A DNA stretch of 64,000 bases from Terriglobia bacterium. GTDB lineage: Bacteria; Acidobacteriota; Terriglobia; 20CM-2-55-15. The stretch's first letter is position 1. Each line of letters opens with the position of its first letter. Below, in pieces: positions 30,959 to 41,164 of the stretch. Where the stretch lies: contig CBDAOY010000006.1 in assembly GCA_965198225.1 (NCBI GenBank), positions 704,001-768,000 of the forward strand, given 5' to 3'. The translations under genes were made by a program, and so were the position numbers. The notes under the pieces are model-generated. The model saw nothing but the letters and a program-made list of their open reading frames with translations, searched no databases and had not been told where the DNA came from.

Positions 30959-31077
30959 GCGTGTTGACTTCATCATTCTGAGTCCTTCCCGCCCATGTGG
31001 CATATGCATTCAGGGCGTCCTACCTTCGGGCTGGGCGCCCGGTGGCCGGTCTTCGGATCGGACGAAGTGGAAGGATC

Positions 31078-31183
31078 AAGGGTCGGGCTCCGCGTGGAAC
31101 TTCAACTTCAACAACGGCAACCGGAACTCGAACCCGGTCGACAACCGCAACAACAACCGCGCCTTGTGCGTGCGCGTTCCGGA
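31078..31183 (+). repeat. DGR template repeat (TR)
   Basis: 11 AAC codons in the frame homologous to VR; between avd and RT. Confidence 0.92.
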
Positions 31184-31185
31184 GA

Positions 31186-31600
31186 ATGATGCGTTCCCTG
31201 TTTTCATTCGAAAAGATTCACGAAGCGTACCTGAGCTGCCGCAAAGGCAAGCGCCGGAGCCGCAATGCCCTTCTTTTCGAGGAGCGCCTGGAGGAGAATC
31301 TGTTTCGACTCTCGGGCGAGCTTCAGGCCCGGACTTATCAGCCATCCCCTTCGACCTGCTTCGTGACCGCGAAACCGAAACACCGGGAGATCTTCGCGGC
31401 CGAGTTTCGCGACCGCGTGGTGCACCACCTGATCGTCACCCACCTCGAACCCATCTGGGAACGGATCTTCATCCACGATTCCTACGCGTGCCGGCCCGGT
31501 AAGGAAACGCATCGGGCGGTGTTCCGACTGCAGGAATTCATGCGGCGTGCGACATCGAACGGGACAAGGACTGCGTATTTTCTCCAGGTCGATGTCCGAC
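31186..31600 (+). pseudogene. DGR reverse transcriptase, 3'-truncated
   Basis: AYLSCRKGK, PKHREIFAAEFRDRVVHH, FIHDSYACRPGK, YFLQVDV; RT similarity then stops and no YxDD follows; the frame runs on antisense into the next gene. Confidence 0.85.
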
Positions 31601-31719
31601 CCGGCTCGGCGCCACAGTGGTTCGTATCCGGATTCCGAACTTCGAGGTACTCGAAGGGCGTGAGAACGATGTCGCGGGTCAGAGACCGCGATGGCGGACA
31701 ATGCGCTGGACCCGACCGT

Positions 31720-33327
31720 TCATGGGCACCCGACGTCGATGCCCAAGTCAGCGAGTTCGGCCAACGAATCCGCGAGAGACAGCGGGGCCCCGTGAGTTGG
31801 GATGATCGTCAGCGGGACCGCGGAATTGCAGCTTGTATCGATGATGTCAAGGTCACGCAGGCCAGCAAAGAGCGACTCCGGGCCACCGAGGACCAGCGTC
31901 AGCCCAAACGCCGCGTTGTAAAGATCCGCCTCGTACACAAACACTTCCCCGCCGGTCTCGACAACAGTAATCAGCATGTCGTCGGCGTGTGGGTTGGCGC
32001 TCAAGTGGTGCGCAGTGATCGTGACGTTGCCATCTTGGATCGAAAACGCGCCGTCCAGCGGGACTTCCTCTACATCCGGCACTACGCCCGCAGCAGCCAG
32101 GGCATCCGGACGAATGGTCGACTCCGAAGTCAAGACGTCGTCCCAGAACCCGCTCACACCGTTGCCAACGATTGCCCTCGCTCCCGCGGCTACCAGAGAT
32201 CGAACGCCCGCGGCGTGGTCCTGGTGAAAATGGCTCTGCACGACATGCGAGATGGCGACGCCGGGAAACGTTGCTTCGACCGCATCGACCAGGTTACTTC
32301 CATGTTTCGGCGATCCGGGTGCTTCGACCAGGAGCAGCCCTCGCTCGTATGAAACCGCGATCGAGTTGCCAGTGCTGCTCCCCAGTAGGGTCACACCCGG
32401 CACGATCTCCGACGGCGTCACGGGGGACTCCTCGCCGTAGAAAAAGCCAAGGTTGAAAAATGCATCCTGCACTTGATGGGTCTGCTGGCCGAACGCGAAT
32501 GCGTCGGCGTCCAGCGTCGGGTCGACGGCCTCGGGCGGAAGATCGAAGGTCCCCGCAGGAAAGTCCGGCCCGATTTCGACGGCCGTGCGTGTTTCGTCAT
32601 GCACCAGAGCCCCTCCAGCATAGAGCTCAACGGCACCGGGGAACGCAAGCACCCCCTGCGCTTGCCAGTCCAGGTAGCGGACCTCAATTGAAACGTCGCG
32701 AACCAGGATGTTGTTCTCGACGGTCTCGAGCTTCGAGATGATTCCCGATTCGTCATCCACGAACATGCGGATCTCGGCAACCTTTCCAGCGAAGCTGACA
32801 ATCCGATGCGGCCGGCCGTCGAATTCCCCCGCTCCGCCGTCTCCGATCAGCGCCGGGTCTTGAAGCCCTTCCCGAAGGTAAAAGTGGGGGTTGAACAAGC
32901 GTTGCTGAGTACGCAGCGCGGCGACGTAATGCGACGGCACGGCTCCAGGAGGGCTGAACCCCGCCTGCGCACTCAGCCCACCCACGTCCCCGTTGAGCAC
33001 AATGCTGAAGCTCGCTCGCGGAAACGACTGCAGCGCCTCGAAGAGCGGCGTGCGATCTGTGTCCGTGCGGAGGTTCTCGTTCGCGAGGTCGAACATGTAG
33101 CGCGTTGTGTAGGTGCTCACATCCATCAAACCGCCCGGTCTTGGCGTCTCGTGGTCGATTCTTCGGCTTCCGCGCGCCTCGATCTGCAGTCGCTCGAGGT
33201 CGGTGAGGGCCACCGCTCCGCCGATGGCCTCCACCGCCTGTTCAAACGGGGTCCGCCCGTCGCCCGCCCCGCAACCTCCGGAGAGAAGGCCGGCAAGAGC
33301 AATCATGAGTAAGTATCTGTTCTTCAT
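31720..33327 (-). CDS. Lipoprotein with C-terminal MBL-fold domain
   Basis: LSGGC lipobox, SHFHQDH motif, EADLY, PTHG; resembles 47671-49149. Confidence 0.75.
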   Translation of the reverse strand: MKNRYLLMIALAGLLSGGCGAGDGRTPFEQAVEAIGGAVALTDLERLQIEARGSRRIDHETPRPGGLMDVSTYTTRYMFDLANENLRTDTDRTPLFEALQSFPRASFSIVLNGDVGGLSAQAGFSPPGAVPSHYVAALRTQQRLFNPHFYLREGLQDPALIGDGGAGEFDGRPHRIVSFAGKVAEIRMFVDDESGIISKLETVENNILVRDVSIEVRYLDWQAQGVLAFPGAVELYAGGALVHDETRTAVEIGPDFPAGTFDLPPEAVDPTLDADAFAFGQQTHQVQDAFFNLGFFYGEESPVTPSEIVPGVTLLGSSTGNSIAVSYERGLLLVEAPGSPKHGSNLVDAVEATFPGVAISHVVQSHFHQDHAAGVRSLVAAGARAIVGNGVSGFWDDVLTSESTIRPDALAAAGVVPDVEEVPLDGAFSIQDGNVTITAHHLSANPHADDMLITVVETGGEVFVYEADLYNAAFGLTLVLGGPESLFAGLRDLDIIDTSCNSAVPLTIIPTHGAPLSLADSLAELADLGIDVGCP

Positions 33328-33567
33328 TCCTGGTCCTTCGCTGAGTCGGTTCGGAGAGGTCTTGTAGTCCTTCGGCGAGAGCCGCAGGCCGTGATTCCTG
33401 CCTGGCCGGCAACCCGTCGCCCTGTGGTTAAACTAGCGCAAATGATACGAAAGGGGGAAGTTGGAGGCAATCACAGAGTCACATTCCCGCAAAACCGCCT
33501 GGTCTGACATCTGAATTGGCCCATATTCATGGGGTCGCGGGAAGAATCCAACTTACCGCGATGGCGA

Positions 33568-33702
33568 CTTCTCGGGAATTGAGAATAGATCGGTAAGCAC
33601 TACGGCCTTACTCGCGAGTAATCGTCGTCGATCGCACCCTTCTCGGGAATTGAGAATAGATCGGTAAGCACCGGCCTTACTCGCGAGTAAGTGATCGCAC
33701 CC
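33568..33702. repeat. Tandem ~71-bp duplication containing palindrome TTACTCGCGAGTAA
   Basis: Units start at 33568 and 33639; palindromes at 33608-33621 and 33677-33690. Confidence 0.85.
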
Positions 33703-34269
33703 AAGATCGTCCAGTGAAGATCCGGCGGTCATGATGAAACTTTGGCCGACAGGTAAACCAGCGGGGTTCGCAGTGCAGGGGGTGGCAAGCGGCACGGCCT
33801 TCACTACATCCACAACCGACTCAGCTCAGCGCGTGATTTGCTGAGTAAAACTATGTTTTGTTGAATCACCTTCGGGATTCTTTGCCAGCAGAAAATGTGA
33901 AAAGTTGAGCGCCCGTCGATCGTCACTCAGAAGATAACCGGTTGTTTCCACGGGGCGTGCTCCAGTAGCATCGCGCAATGGAGACGAATACCAGGGAGAT
34001 CGCTAATGGGATTTTTCGTTACTTCGTCCAGGATCCGAAACGCCATGTCGGGACCGAATACGATCAAACTTTTCGACGAGGGGGGCCGTATCTGGAAGTC
34101 TCTCCTGCTGACGAAAAGTGGTGGCACCGTTGGACGAGAGGCGCTTCAGGCGGTAGCTCAACCGCCCTTCCTGTCGGCGAGATAAACGATCGGTGGCCGG
34201 GGGCCCGAGCGCGATGTACCCGCTCGCACACGGTCTCATGCCGGCGGGCATTTCAAGGCAGGGGGGCTC

Positions 34270-35511
34270 ATGCCTAGGATCGACTGGGAAGTCTCGGGGC
34301 AGGTGCAGGTGGAGAATTGGCTCCTCTTCCGTGGAGACGGTGCGGCCAATCTTGCCCCGCTGTCAGGCGTGACCGTGGAGGTTGCAGCGTCGACGAGGTA
34401 CGACGGAGGTTGGAGGCGTTGGGGCCGGACGAAGACGGACGGCGAGGGGCGGTTTCAGCTCCCGCCCAAGAGAAAGTCCGATAAGCGTCGGCGCTTCCGC
34501 GTCCGGGTCTTTCTCGAAGACGACCGACTCCGCGTCGTGAAGTTGAAGGTCGATGGAAAGTTCGGTGTGGCGCCCATCGTCGCTCACAAGGACACCGCGC
34601 CGTACACGAGCCGGAGCTTCCGAAGCGGCCCCCTCGTCGAGTTACCATCGGCGGTTATCCGCGAAGGCGCGACCCGGGCGACCAGAAACCACGCCCGCCG
34701 GGCGAACATCTGGTACGTGCTCAAGACCGTGCAGGACGCGCTGCGGGAGCAAGACCCGTGGCTCGCCTACCTCAAGAAGCTCACCGCCGTCTATCCGACA
34801 ACGGCCACGACGTGGGCTGCGGGAAACAGCGCGAACATTGGTCCGGGGTACTACAAGGTCGGCACGGTCATCCACGAGGCGATCCACGTCTGGGACTACC
34901 AGCACAACACTGGGATGACCAACTGGGTCTGCGCATGGCTGATCGGTGGGACGCACGGACGCCGTGAGCCACCCAGCGTGGCGTTCCACGAGGGCTTCGC
35001 GAGCTGGGCCTCTCGGCAGCTCCTTCACGATCTCTGGGGCCACGGCCAGTACAAGCCCTTCAACAAGAAGCATCTGGACGACGAGCACGACATACGCTCC
35101 CTCTCCGAGCTCGAGAGGAACGACGACGGTGTGATGTCGGTGCTCCGACTTCTCACACACGAGGACCCGTACGGCCTGCTCCTCGGCACTCTGATCGAGG
35201 CGCCAACGAACGACGAATGGGCGGGGAAGATGCGCCGGACGGACCGCAAGCGGCTGGTGTGCCCGAAGGGGCCGATCCTCGACACCTGGGACCTCTTCTC
35301 CGCGTTCCGCGCGAACCGGGCGGCAGGATGGCGTACGAATCTTCAAGTGGGGAAGGACCGCTACGGAGTTCTCCGGTTCATCGAGCGCCTTTCCGACTTC
35401 TATCCGGATCGATTCGGGGATAACGTGAAGGAGGCGCTTCTGAACGTCGTCGATCCGATCCGGACCGACGAGATGTCATCGCTGTGCAGGCGCGCCCGTC
35501 GGGCGAAGTGA
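34270..35511 (+). CDS. Hypothetical basic protein with gluzincin-like metalloprotease motif
   Basis: VIHEAIH plus downstream FHEGFA; N-terminal KTDGEGRF beta-sandwich-like segment. Confidence 0.6.
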   Translation: MPRIDWEVSGQVQVENWLLFRGDGAANLAPLSGVTVEVAASTRYDGGWRRWGRTKTDGEGRFQLPPKRKSDKRRRFRVRVFLEDDRLRVVKLKVDGKFGVAPIVAHKDTAPYTSRSFRSGPLVELPSAVIREGATRATRNHARRANIWYVLKTVQDALREQDPWLAYLKKLTAVYPTTATTWAAGNSANIGPGYYKVGTVIHEAIHVWDYQHNTGMTNWVCAWLIGGTHGRREPPSVAFHEGFASWASRQLLHDLWGHGQYKPFNKKHLDDEHDIRSLSELERNDDGVMSVLRLLTHEDPYGLLLGTLIEAPTNDEWAGKMRRTDRKRLVCPKGPILDTWDLFSAFRANRAAGWRTNLQVGKDRYGVLRFIERLSDFYPDRFGDNVKEALLNVVDPIRTDEMSSLCRRARRAK

Positions 35512-35999
35512 GCCGATAAGGGAACAAGCGGGGTTCGCAGCGCAGGGGGCGGCAAGCGGCACGGCGGGAATGTCGGAGGTGGCGTGTTAGGAGAACCGCA
35601 TCCCAGATTCGGCAGACCCCTTGGGAGACGACGTAATCCGTTTCAGACTCGTCGTAGCTCGTCACATCGTCCAAAAGCCAGTCAAAAGGGATTTCCTGCC
35701 TCAGGAAGCACAGACGCGCGGAGGGATGGAGAGAAGCTGGACACCCGCGGGCGGTGGTAGTCACGCGCCAACTACCTGTAAAAGTGAGAACGATGCCGTG
35801 GCGAAACACCGGACTACTCCTGCCTTGTCGCCAAGGGTTTACCCATCCTGCGGAAGCGAATGGCTCTACCCTTCGGCGTTACTCGGGGGCAATCGGTGTC
35901 GACAGTTGGGTCAACGAACCTCGCCCCAAAATGACTTCTACGGTTTGCCGTGAGTGGACTGCCAATTGTCTGCTCAGGAGTCCCGAGACTCACTTCGAT

Positions 36000-36224
36000 T
36001 TATGCCTGGTTTTCTTCGAATGTGGGTTGCACGGTGGAACCGTCGATCGCGTAACGAAGCCCGGCGGCATAAGACTCCAGCCTGCCGCGGTTGATGTTCA
36101 GACGTATCTTCTCTTCGAGTGTCCGTTCAGGATTACCGATCTGATTGATGAGTTGAGCAACCCTGAGCTCGGTCTCGCGGATCTTTTCCAGAAGTTCGCC
36201 CGCGCTTGGGGAATTGTCTTTCAA
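36000..36224 (-). CDS. Small hypothetical helical protein
   Basis: 74-aa coiled-coil-like ORF downstream of a sigma28-like promoter. Confidence 0.45.
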   Translation of the reverse strand: MKDNSPSAGELLEKIRETELRVAQLINQIGNPERTLEEKIRLNINRGRLESYAAGLRYAIDGSTVQPTFEENQA

Positions 36225-36371
36225 TTCACGTCTCTCGATACTGGCCGGATTCTCAACAAGCTTCTCTGATGAAACGTCGGGACTCTTATGGAGTCCCTTC
36301 TAGTAAACCGAGTCAGCCACTCCCGACGAGCAGCCCTCGAGCCTCAAGAAAGAAACCGTCTTCTCTTTATT

Positions 36372-36478
36372 CTATCGGCGATATCCGTTCAGAAGTTTAA
36401 GGAAAAGTTCGAGTTTCGGTCGCGGGACAAACGCTTTTCACGAAATCGACTAAAGTCCTGAAGTTTCTTGTCCGATAA
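36372..36478. promoter_or_regulatory. Divergent pair of sigma28-like promoters
   Basis: Minus TAAA-N16-GCCGATAG (36399-36372); plus TAAA-N16-TCCGATAA (36451-36478). Confidence 0.5.
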
Positions 36479-36700
36479 GAGGAAAGAGGGGGTTTCTACC
36501 CGTACCTTCAGAATAAAGAGTTATAAGAAAAAAATGGAGAAAAGGGACCGATCAGATATTGGTGCCCCCATCGAAGCCCGCGTCCCGCGCGGCACGGAAC
36601 TGCTCCAGGTGGTACTTCCACTGTAACTGGAGGTGGATACTGCCCTGTCGACGACTTGGCCTAGCTGATAGACATCTGACTTGACATGCGGAGCGCTTAC

Positions 36701-36721
36701 AGGCATAGAATGCCTATGCCT
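36701..36721. promoter_or_regulatory. Probable PadR operator overlapping its start codon
   Basis: AGGCATAG-N5-CTATGCCT, with TTGACA at 36681. Confidence 0.55.
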
Positions 36722-37045
36722 AGGGAAACTGGCCTACCGCCGGGAACACTCGTGATGCTTGTCCTGAAGGTCCTGGCTACCGGGCCGCTTCACGGGTACG
36801 CCATCGCCCAACGCATTCACAAGCTGTCCAGCGAAGAGTTGCGCGTGGAAGAAGGGTCGCTGTACCCGGCACTGCAAAAACTGCTGCTGAAAGGATGGGT
36901 CCAGGCAAACTGGACCGTGTCGGATTCGGGCCGCCGGGTGCGTGCCTACCGTGTCACGCCTTCGGGAAGACAACAACTCGATCTCGAACTTGCCGAATAC
37001 CGCCGCATGAACCGTGCCATAGAGGCGCTTCTGGAAAGTGCATGA
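36710..37045 (+). CDS. PadR family regulator (acidobacterial type)
   Basis: GPLHGYAIAQRI, EEGSLYPALQKL. Confidence 0.92.
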   Translation: MPMPRETGLPPGTLVMLVLKVLATGPLHGYAIAQRIHKLSSEELRVEEGSLYPALQKLLLKGWVQANWTVSDSGRRVRAYRVTPSGRQQLDLELAEYRRMNRAIEALLESA

Positions 37046-37055
37046 GGGAAAGATC

Positions 37056-39665
37056 ATGAGACCGCTTGGAGAGTTGTGGCGCCGCTTCTGGTACCTGTTC
37101 AACCGCAGGCGCATGGAAGCCGACCTCCGCGAAGAGATGGAATCGCACCGTGCGGAAATGGGAGAACCTGCCCGCTTCGGCAATACGCTACGGCTTCGGG
37201 AAGAGTCCCGCGACGTGTGGGGATGGAACTGGGTGGACGACACCTTCGGCGACATCCGCTACGCCTGTCGGACGATCATTGGAATGCCCGTCCTCACGAT
37301 CGTCGTGGTCTTGTCTCTCGGGGTGGGAATCGGAATCAACACGACGGTTTTCTCATGGATCCAGGCCGTTGTCCTTCAACCGATCCCGGGTGTCACGGAT
37401 CCATCCGACTTCTACCTGATCGAGCCGCGCGCCGACGCTGGAGCCTATCCAGGCGTTTCGTGGCCCGAGTACCGGGACCTCTGGGAAGGCGTCGTTTCGT
37501 TCAACGATCTGGCGGCTTTCCGGATGGTTCCCATCAACCTGAGCGAAGACGGACAAGCCGAGCGTGTGTACGGGCTTCTCGTCTCCACCAATTATTTCTC
37601 CACGCTGGGCCTCGAACCGCTTCTTGGACGTTTCGCCTGGAACGGCGACGGTTCGGACAACATGGAGGTCGTAGTCTCGCACGGCTTCTGGCAGAGGCGG
37701 TTGGACGGCTCCGGCGATGCGATGGGCAGCAGGGTGCGAGTCAATGGCCAGGAACTGACAGTGGTCGCCGTCACGCCTCCCGGGTTTCAGGGAACCGTCC
37801 TCGGCCTGGAGTTCGACCTGTGGGTTCCGGCGGGGCTGGCGCCGATCCTGTACGACGGATCGCGCGAACTGGAAGCACGGAACCAGCGAGGCTACTCGGT
37901 GATGGGCAGGCTCCTCCCGGGCACCTCCCAAGCCCTGGCCCAGGCCGACGTGGACGCCGTAGCGGCGCGAATCGAAGGGGACTTTCCCGAAGCCAACGCC
38001 GGATTCCGGAGCGAGGTCCTTCCGTTCTGGCGCGCACCCAGGGGAGCCCAACAATTCGTATTACCTGGGCTGACAGTTCTTCAGGCCGTCATGCTTCTCC
38101 TGCTGCTGGCTGTCTGCGGCAACACGGCGAATCTTGTCCTGGCGCGAGCAACCGTTCGGCAGCGTGAAGTAGCCGTGAGGCTTGCAATGGGCGCCAGCCG
38201 CTCACGCGTCGTCCGACTATTGATGACCGAAAACCTGATACTGGGGCTTGCCGGCGCCACGATGGGAGTGCTGATCGCTAGCTGGGGAACGATCGCGCTC
38301 CGCGCCGTCCGCTTCTCCACCTTGTTCCCGGTCCGGTTTGAGACCGGTGTCGATGCGATCGGCCTCTCGTTCGCGGCGGCACTCGGCGTCGTATGTGCGG
38401 TCGCCTTCGGAACGGCTCCGGCCCTGCAGTTGCTGCGAGGATCCCATCTCAGCCTTCGATCGCACAGCAGCAGGATCGAGCCAAAGAGGATGCGAAAGAC
38501 CCTGATGAGTATCGAAGCGGGGTTGGCTCTCATGGTCCTGCTGGCGGCCGGTCTCTTCCTTCAGGGTTTCCGCGAAACCCTCGATACGGATCCGGGTTTC
38601 CAGCCTGAGGGCCTTCTTCTCTCAGCCTACGATCTGTCCGGCGGCACGGCAGGGCACCTGGTATCGGGAGCCAACGTCGACAGAACGTTCGCCCGGACAT
38701 TTACCGGAAGACTCCTCGAAGACCTGAGGGCCCTACCGGAAGTGGAGTCGGCTGCGATCGCGACCTTCATACCGATCGACATTCACGGCCTCCCGCTGGG
38801 ATCGTTCAGTCTCGAAGGCCGCCCACAGACCGATCTGGCTCCAGACCGGGCACTGCTGAACGTGGTGACCCGTTCATACTTCGGGACCATGGGCATCCCA
38901 TTGGTCCGGGGAACCGATTTCACGATTCTCAGCGACTCCACGACTCCTCCACAGGTCATCGTCAACGAAGAATTCGTCCGCCGATTCCTGGCGGGCTCCG
39001 AGCCTATCGGACAACGGCTCGATGCGAGCGGACAAACCTTTACGATTACCGGCGTCGTCAGGGACTCGGTGTACGAATCGTTCGGCGAACCGCCGATCCC
39101 GTTCACCTACTACGCATACAGAAACCGCATGCCCACCGATGGTCAGATCCATCTTCGGACCCGCGCAGGCGGTGAGGCTCTCCTGGCGACGGAGGTCCGG
39201 CGGGTCGTTCGCGAACTGGATCCGGCGCTTCCCGTGTACGACGTACGAACGATGACCGAGCATGTCGAAACGAACCTCTTCCTTCGGCGGATTCCCGCGC
39301 AGATGTTCGCGGTCATCGCGCCGCTGCTGCTCCTGCTTGCGGCCATCGGGATCTACGCGGTCGTGGCCTATAATGTCACGCGCCGCACGACCGAAATCGG
39401 CATCCGTCTGGCAATGGGCGCCCGCACGCGCACGCTCGTCAGACAAATTGTGGGCGAAAGCATGGGCAGCATCGCGGTCGGGATGGCGATCGGATGGCTC
39501 CTCGCATTCGTCGTCTACACCCACCTTGTACCTGGAGACCCCCTCGACCCAGCCGTCTTCGTGGGCATGCCCTCGTTGCTGGCAATTGTAGCGATCACCT
39601 CATGCTGGATCCCGGCGCGGCGCGCAACGAGACTGGATCCGATGACGGCATTGAGAGAAGACTAG
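37056..39665 (+). CDS. ADOP-type duplicated MacB/FtsX permease
   Basis: EEMESH, DIRYACR, CGNTANL, REVAVRLAMGA, EIGIRLAMGA, DPMTALR. Confidence 0.9.
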   Translation: MRPLGELWRRFWYLFNRRRMEADLREEMESHRAEMGEPARFGNTLRLREESRDVWGWNWVDDTFGDIRYACRTIIGMPVLTIVVVLSLGVGIGINTTVFSWIQAVVLQPIPGVTDPSDFYLIEPRADAGAYPGVSWPEYRDLWEGVVSFNDLAAFRMVPINLSEDGQAERVYGLLVSTNYFSTLGLEPLLGRFAWNGDGSDNMEVVVSHGFWQRRLDGSGDAMGSRVRVNGQELTVVAVTPPGFQGTVLGLEFDLWVPAGLAPILYDGSRELEARNQRGYSVMGRLLPGTSQALAQADVDAVAARIEGDFPEANAGFRSEVLPFWRAPRGAQQFVLPGLTVLQAVMLLLLLAVCGNTANLVLARATVRQREVAVRLAMGASRSRVVRLLMTENLILGLAGATMGVLIASWGTIALRAVRFSTLFPVRFETGVDAIGLSFAAALGVVCAVAFGTAPALQLLRGSHLSLRSHSSRIEPKRMRKTLMSIEAGLALMVLLAAGLFLQGFRETLDTDPGFQPEGLLLSAYDLSGGTAGHLVSGANVDRTFARTFTGRLLEDLRALPEVESAAIATFIPIDIHGLPLGSFSLEGRPQTDLAPDRALLNVVTRSYFGTMGIPLVRGTDFTILSDSTTPPQVIVNEEFVRRFLAGSEPIGQRLDASGQTFTITGVVRDSVYESFGEPPIPFTYYAYRNRMPTDGQIHLRTRAGGEALLATEVRRVVRELDPALPVYDVRTMTEHVETNLFLRRIPAQMFAVIAPLLLLLAAIGIYAVVAYNVTRRTTEIGIRLAMGARTRTLVRQIVGESMGSIAVGMAIGWLLAFVVYTHLVPGDPLDPAVFVGMPSLLAIVAITSCWIPARRATRLDPMTALRED

Positions 39666-39828
39666 TACACAAAACAGAAAAAAACGCACTCCGGCTCTCC
39701 CTCGAAAGATGGTCCAGTTGCGCCTCGCTGTTCGGTGCGAGACCACGAGCTTCGTTCAGTCATTTCTGGATGAAGACTCTCAGATTCATGATCCGTGTGT
39801 TGCCGTCTTTAGGGTTTAAACTCCGGAC

Positions 39829-40659
39829 ATGCCACGTCGACCGGTACTCCCCGATGAGATTGAAGACTACCGCGACGCACGCTGGCTGCGGTCGGAAACG
39901 GCGCCTGTGAACACGGCGCAACAAGCGGAGCGCTTTATTGAGCAGATCGGGTTCGCGGCCTGCATGACAGACTCGCGTCGGCCCGGCCCATCGCTTTACA
40001 TCGCCGTCTGTGGAAGGCGCGACGCCATCATGCCGCGGAACGTCCAGAAAGACCCGGAGAGCTCGCACACGTGGCGATTGAAGGACGATCTCATGCGGCG
40101 CGGCCGTGTTTACTACGCCAGGCTTTCCCGGGGTAGAGCGATGTTTCTGGCTCCGCGAATGGTCCCGTATTTCAATGCCCTCTGGGGCGTTCCGCGGCGA
40201 CAGGAGAAAATGCGTTTGAGCAGGGAGGCCCTCGCCATGCTCGCAGTGCTGCGCCGGGAGTGGGAAATGGCCACCGCCGATCTTCGTTCTGAATCTGGCG
40301 TGACGGATCGGAAAACGTTCACACGTGCCATGGATGAACTTCAGGGAGCAATGCTCGTCGTCCCCAGCGAAGCCGTCTATCGCCCCAAGTTCACCTACCT
40401 GTGGGAGCTGGCAACGGAGCGTTTTCCCGAGGAACTCTCCGTGAGAACGAATCAGGCAACCGCTGTACGGGAAGTGGCGCGATGCTTTCTCGACGGCGCG
40501 GGACTCACGGTGCCCGGTGAGCTGGCGCGTGTCACGGGTTTGTCGCGAGTCGAAGCTGGAATCGGAAACAAGGTGCTGGTCAAGGAAGGATACGCGACAG
40601 CGGTTGCGCGGGGAACATATCGCCTGACCAGTCTCAGTGAGTCACCTAGTGACCAGTAA
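39829..40659 (+). CDS. Winged-helix protein (AlkZ/YcaQ-related)
   Basis: 276-aa ORF with PSLYIAVCG and W..KD.L motifs; family call tentative. Confidence 0.5.
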   Translation: MPRRPVLPDEIEDYRDARWLRSETAPVNTAQQAERFIEQIGFAACMTDSRRPGPSLYIAVCGRRDAIMPRNVQKDPESSHTWRLKDDLMRRGRVYYARLSRGRAMFLAPRMVPYFNALWGVPRRQEKMRLSREALAMLAVLRREWEMATADLRSESGVTDRKTFTRAMDELQGAMLVVPSEAVYRPKFTYLWELATERFPEELSVRTNQATAVREVARCFLDGAGLTVPGELARVTGLSRVEAGIGNKVLVKEGYATAVARGTYRLTSLSESPSDQ

Positions 40660-40998
40660 CAGAGGTGTCGCCCCCGGCGTTCGGAGCGCAACGGGGCCGG
40701 ATGACTTTTTGGTCAAACCACAAGATCAACCGCGGAAAGTCGCTAAGGCGCTAGCTCATTGCGGACAGAATCCGTCAACACTTGGGCGTTACTCGCGGGT
40801 AATTCTAACGGAGGATCCCCAACGACCCGGGTCCTCCGTACGGTCTGGCGGTTTTACGGCGAAGTAGTTGCTCTGCCCAACCAACGCACGGCACAAGCCA
40901 CTGATTTAATTGGATGATCTTAGTTCGGTCACGGATCTACAACAATAGGCATTTGCGAGCAAAAGAGACTTAGTGGGCGTTGAGGATGGTCGTGCAGT

Positions 40999-41026
40999 TT
41001 GACAAGGACTCGCCACCCTGTATACT
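40999..41026 (+). promoter_or_regulatory. Sigma70 promoter of the RRM gene
   Basis: TTGACA-N16-TATACT. Confidence 0.65.
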
Positions 41027-41164
41027 TGAGTTCGCAACACAAGTTGCTAATCCTGTTTAGGCACCTCTTGCCTCTGTTCGGAAAGTAGTTGGATCCTGTT
41101 TATCGACCCGCCTTTCCCCACAAAGCTCTCGAAGTTCCTCTACATACAAATTCAAGGAAATTAA

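Noticed and set aside
30997-32352. 451-aa ORF as a full-length reverse transcriptase
   Set aside because: The first ~63 codons are TR-region read-through and everything after ~31600 is unrelated or antisense to the 31720-33327 gene; no YxDD motif
33568-33702. Mini CRISPR array
   Set aside because: Only two contiguous units, no unique spacer of suitable length, no cas genes
35512-35595. Integron attC site
   Set aside because: No convincing RYYYAAC/GTTRRRY pair or bottom-strand hairpin, and no integrase in the window
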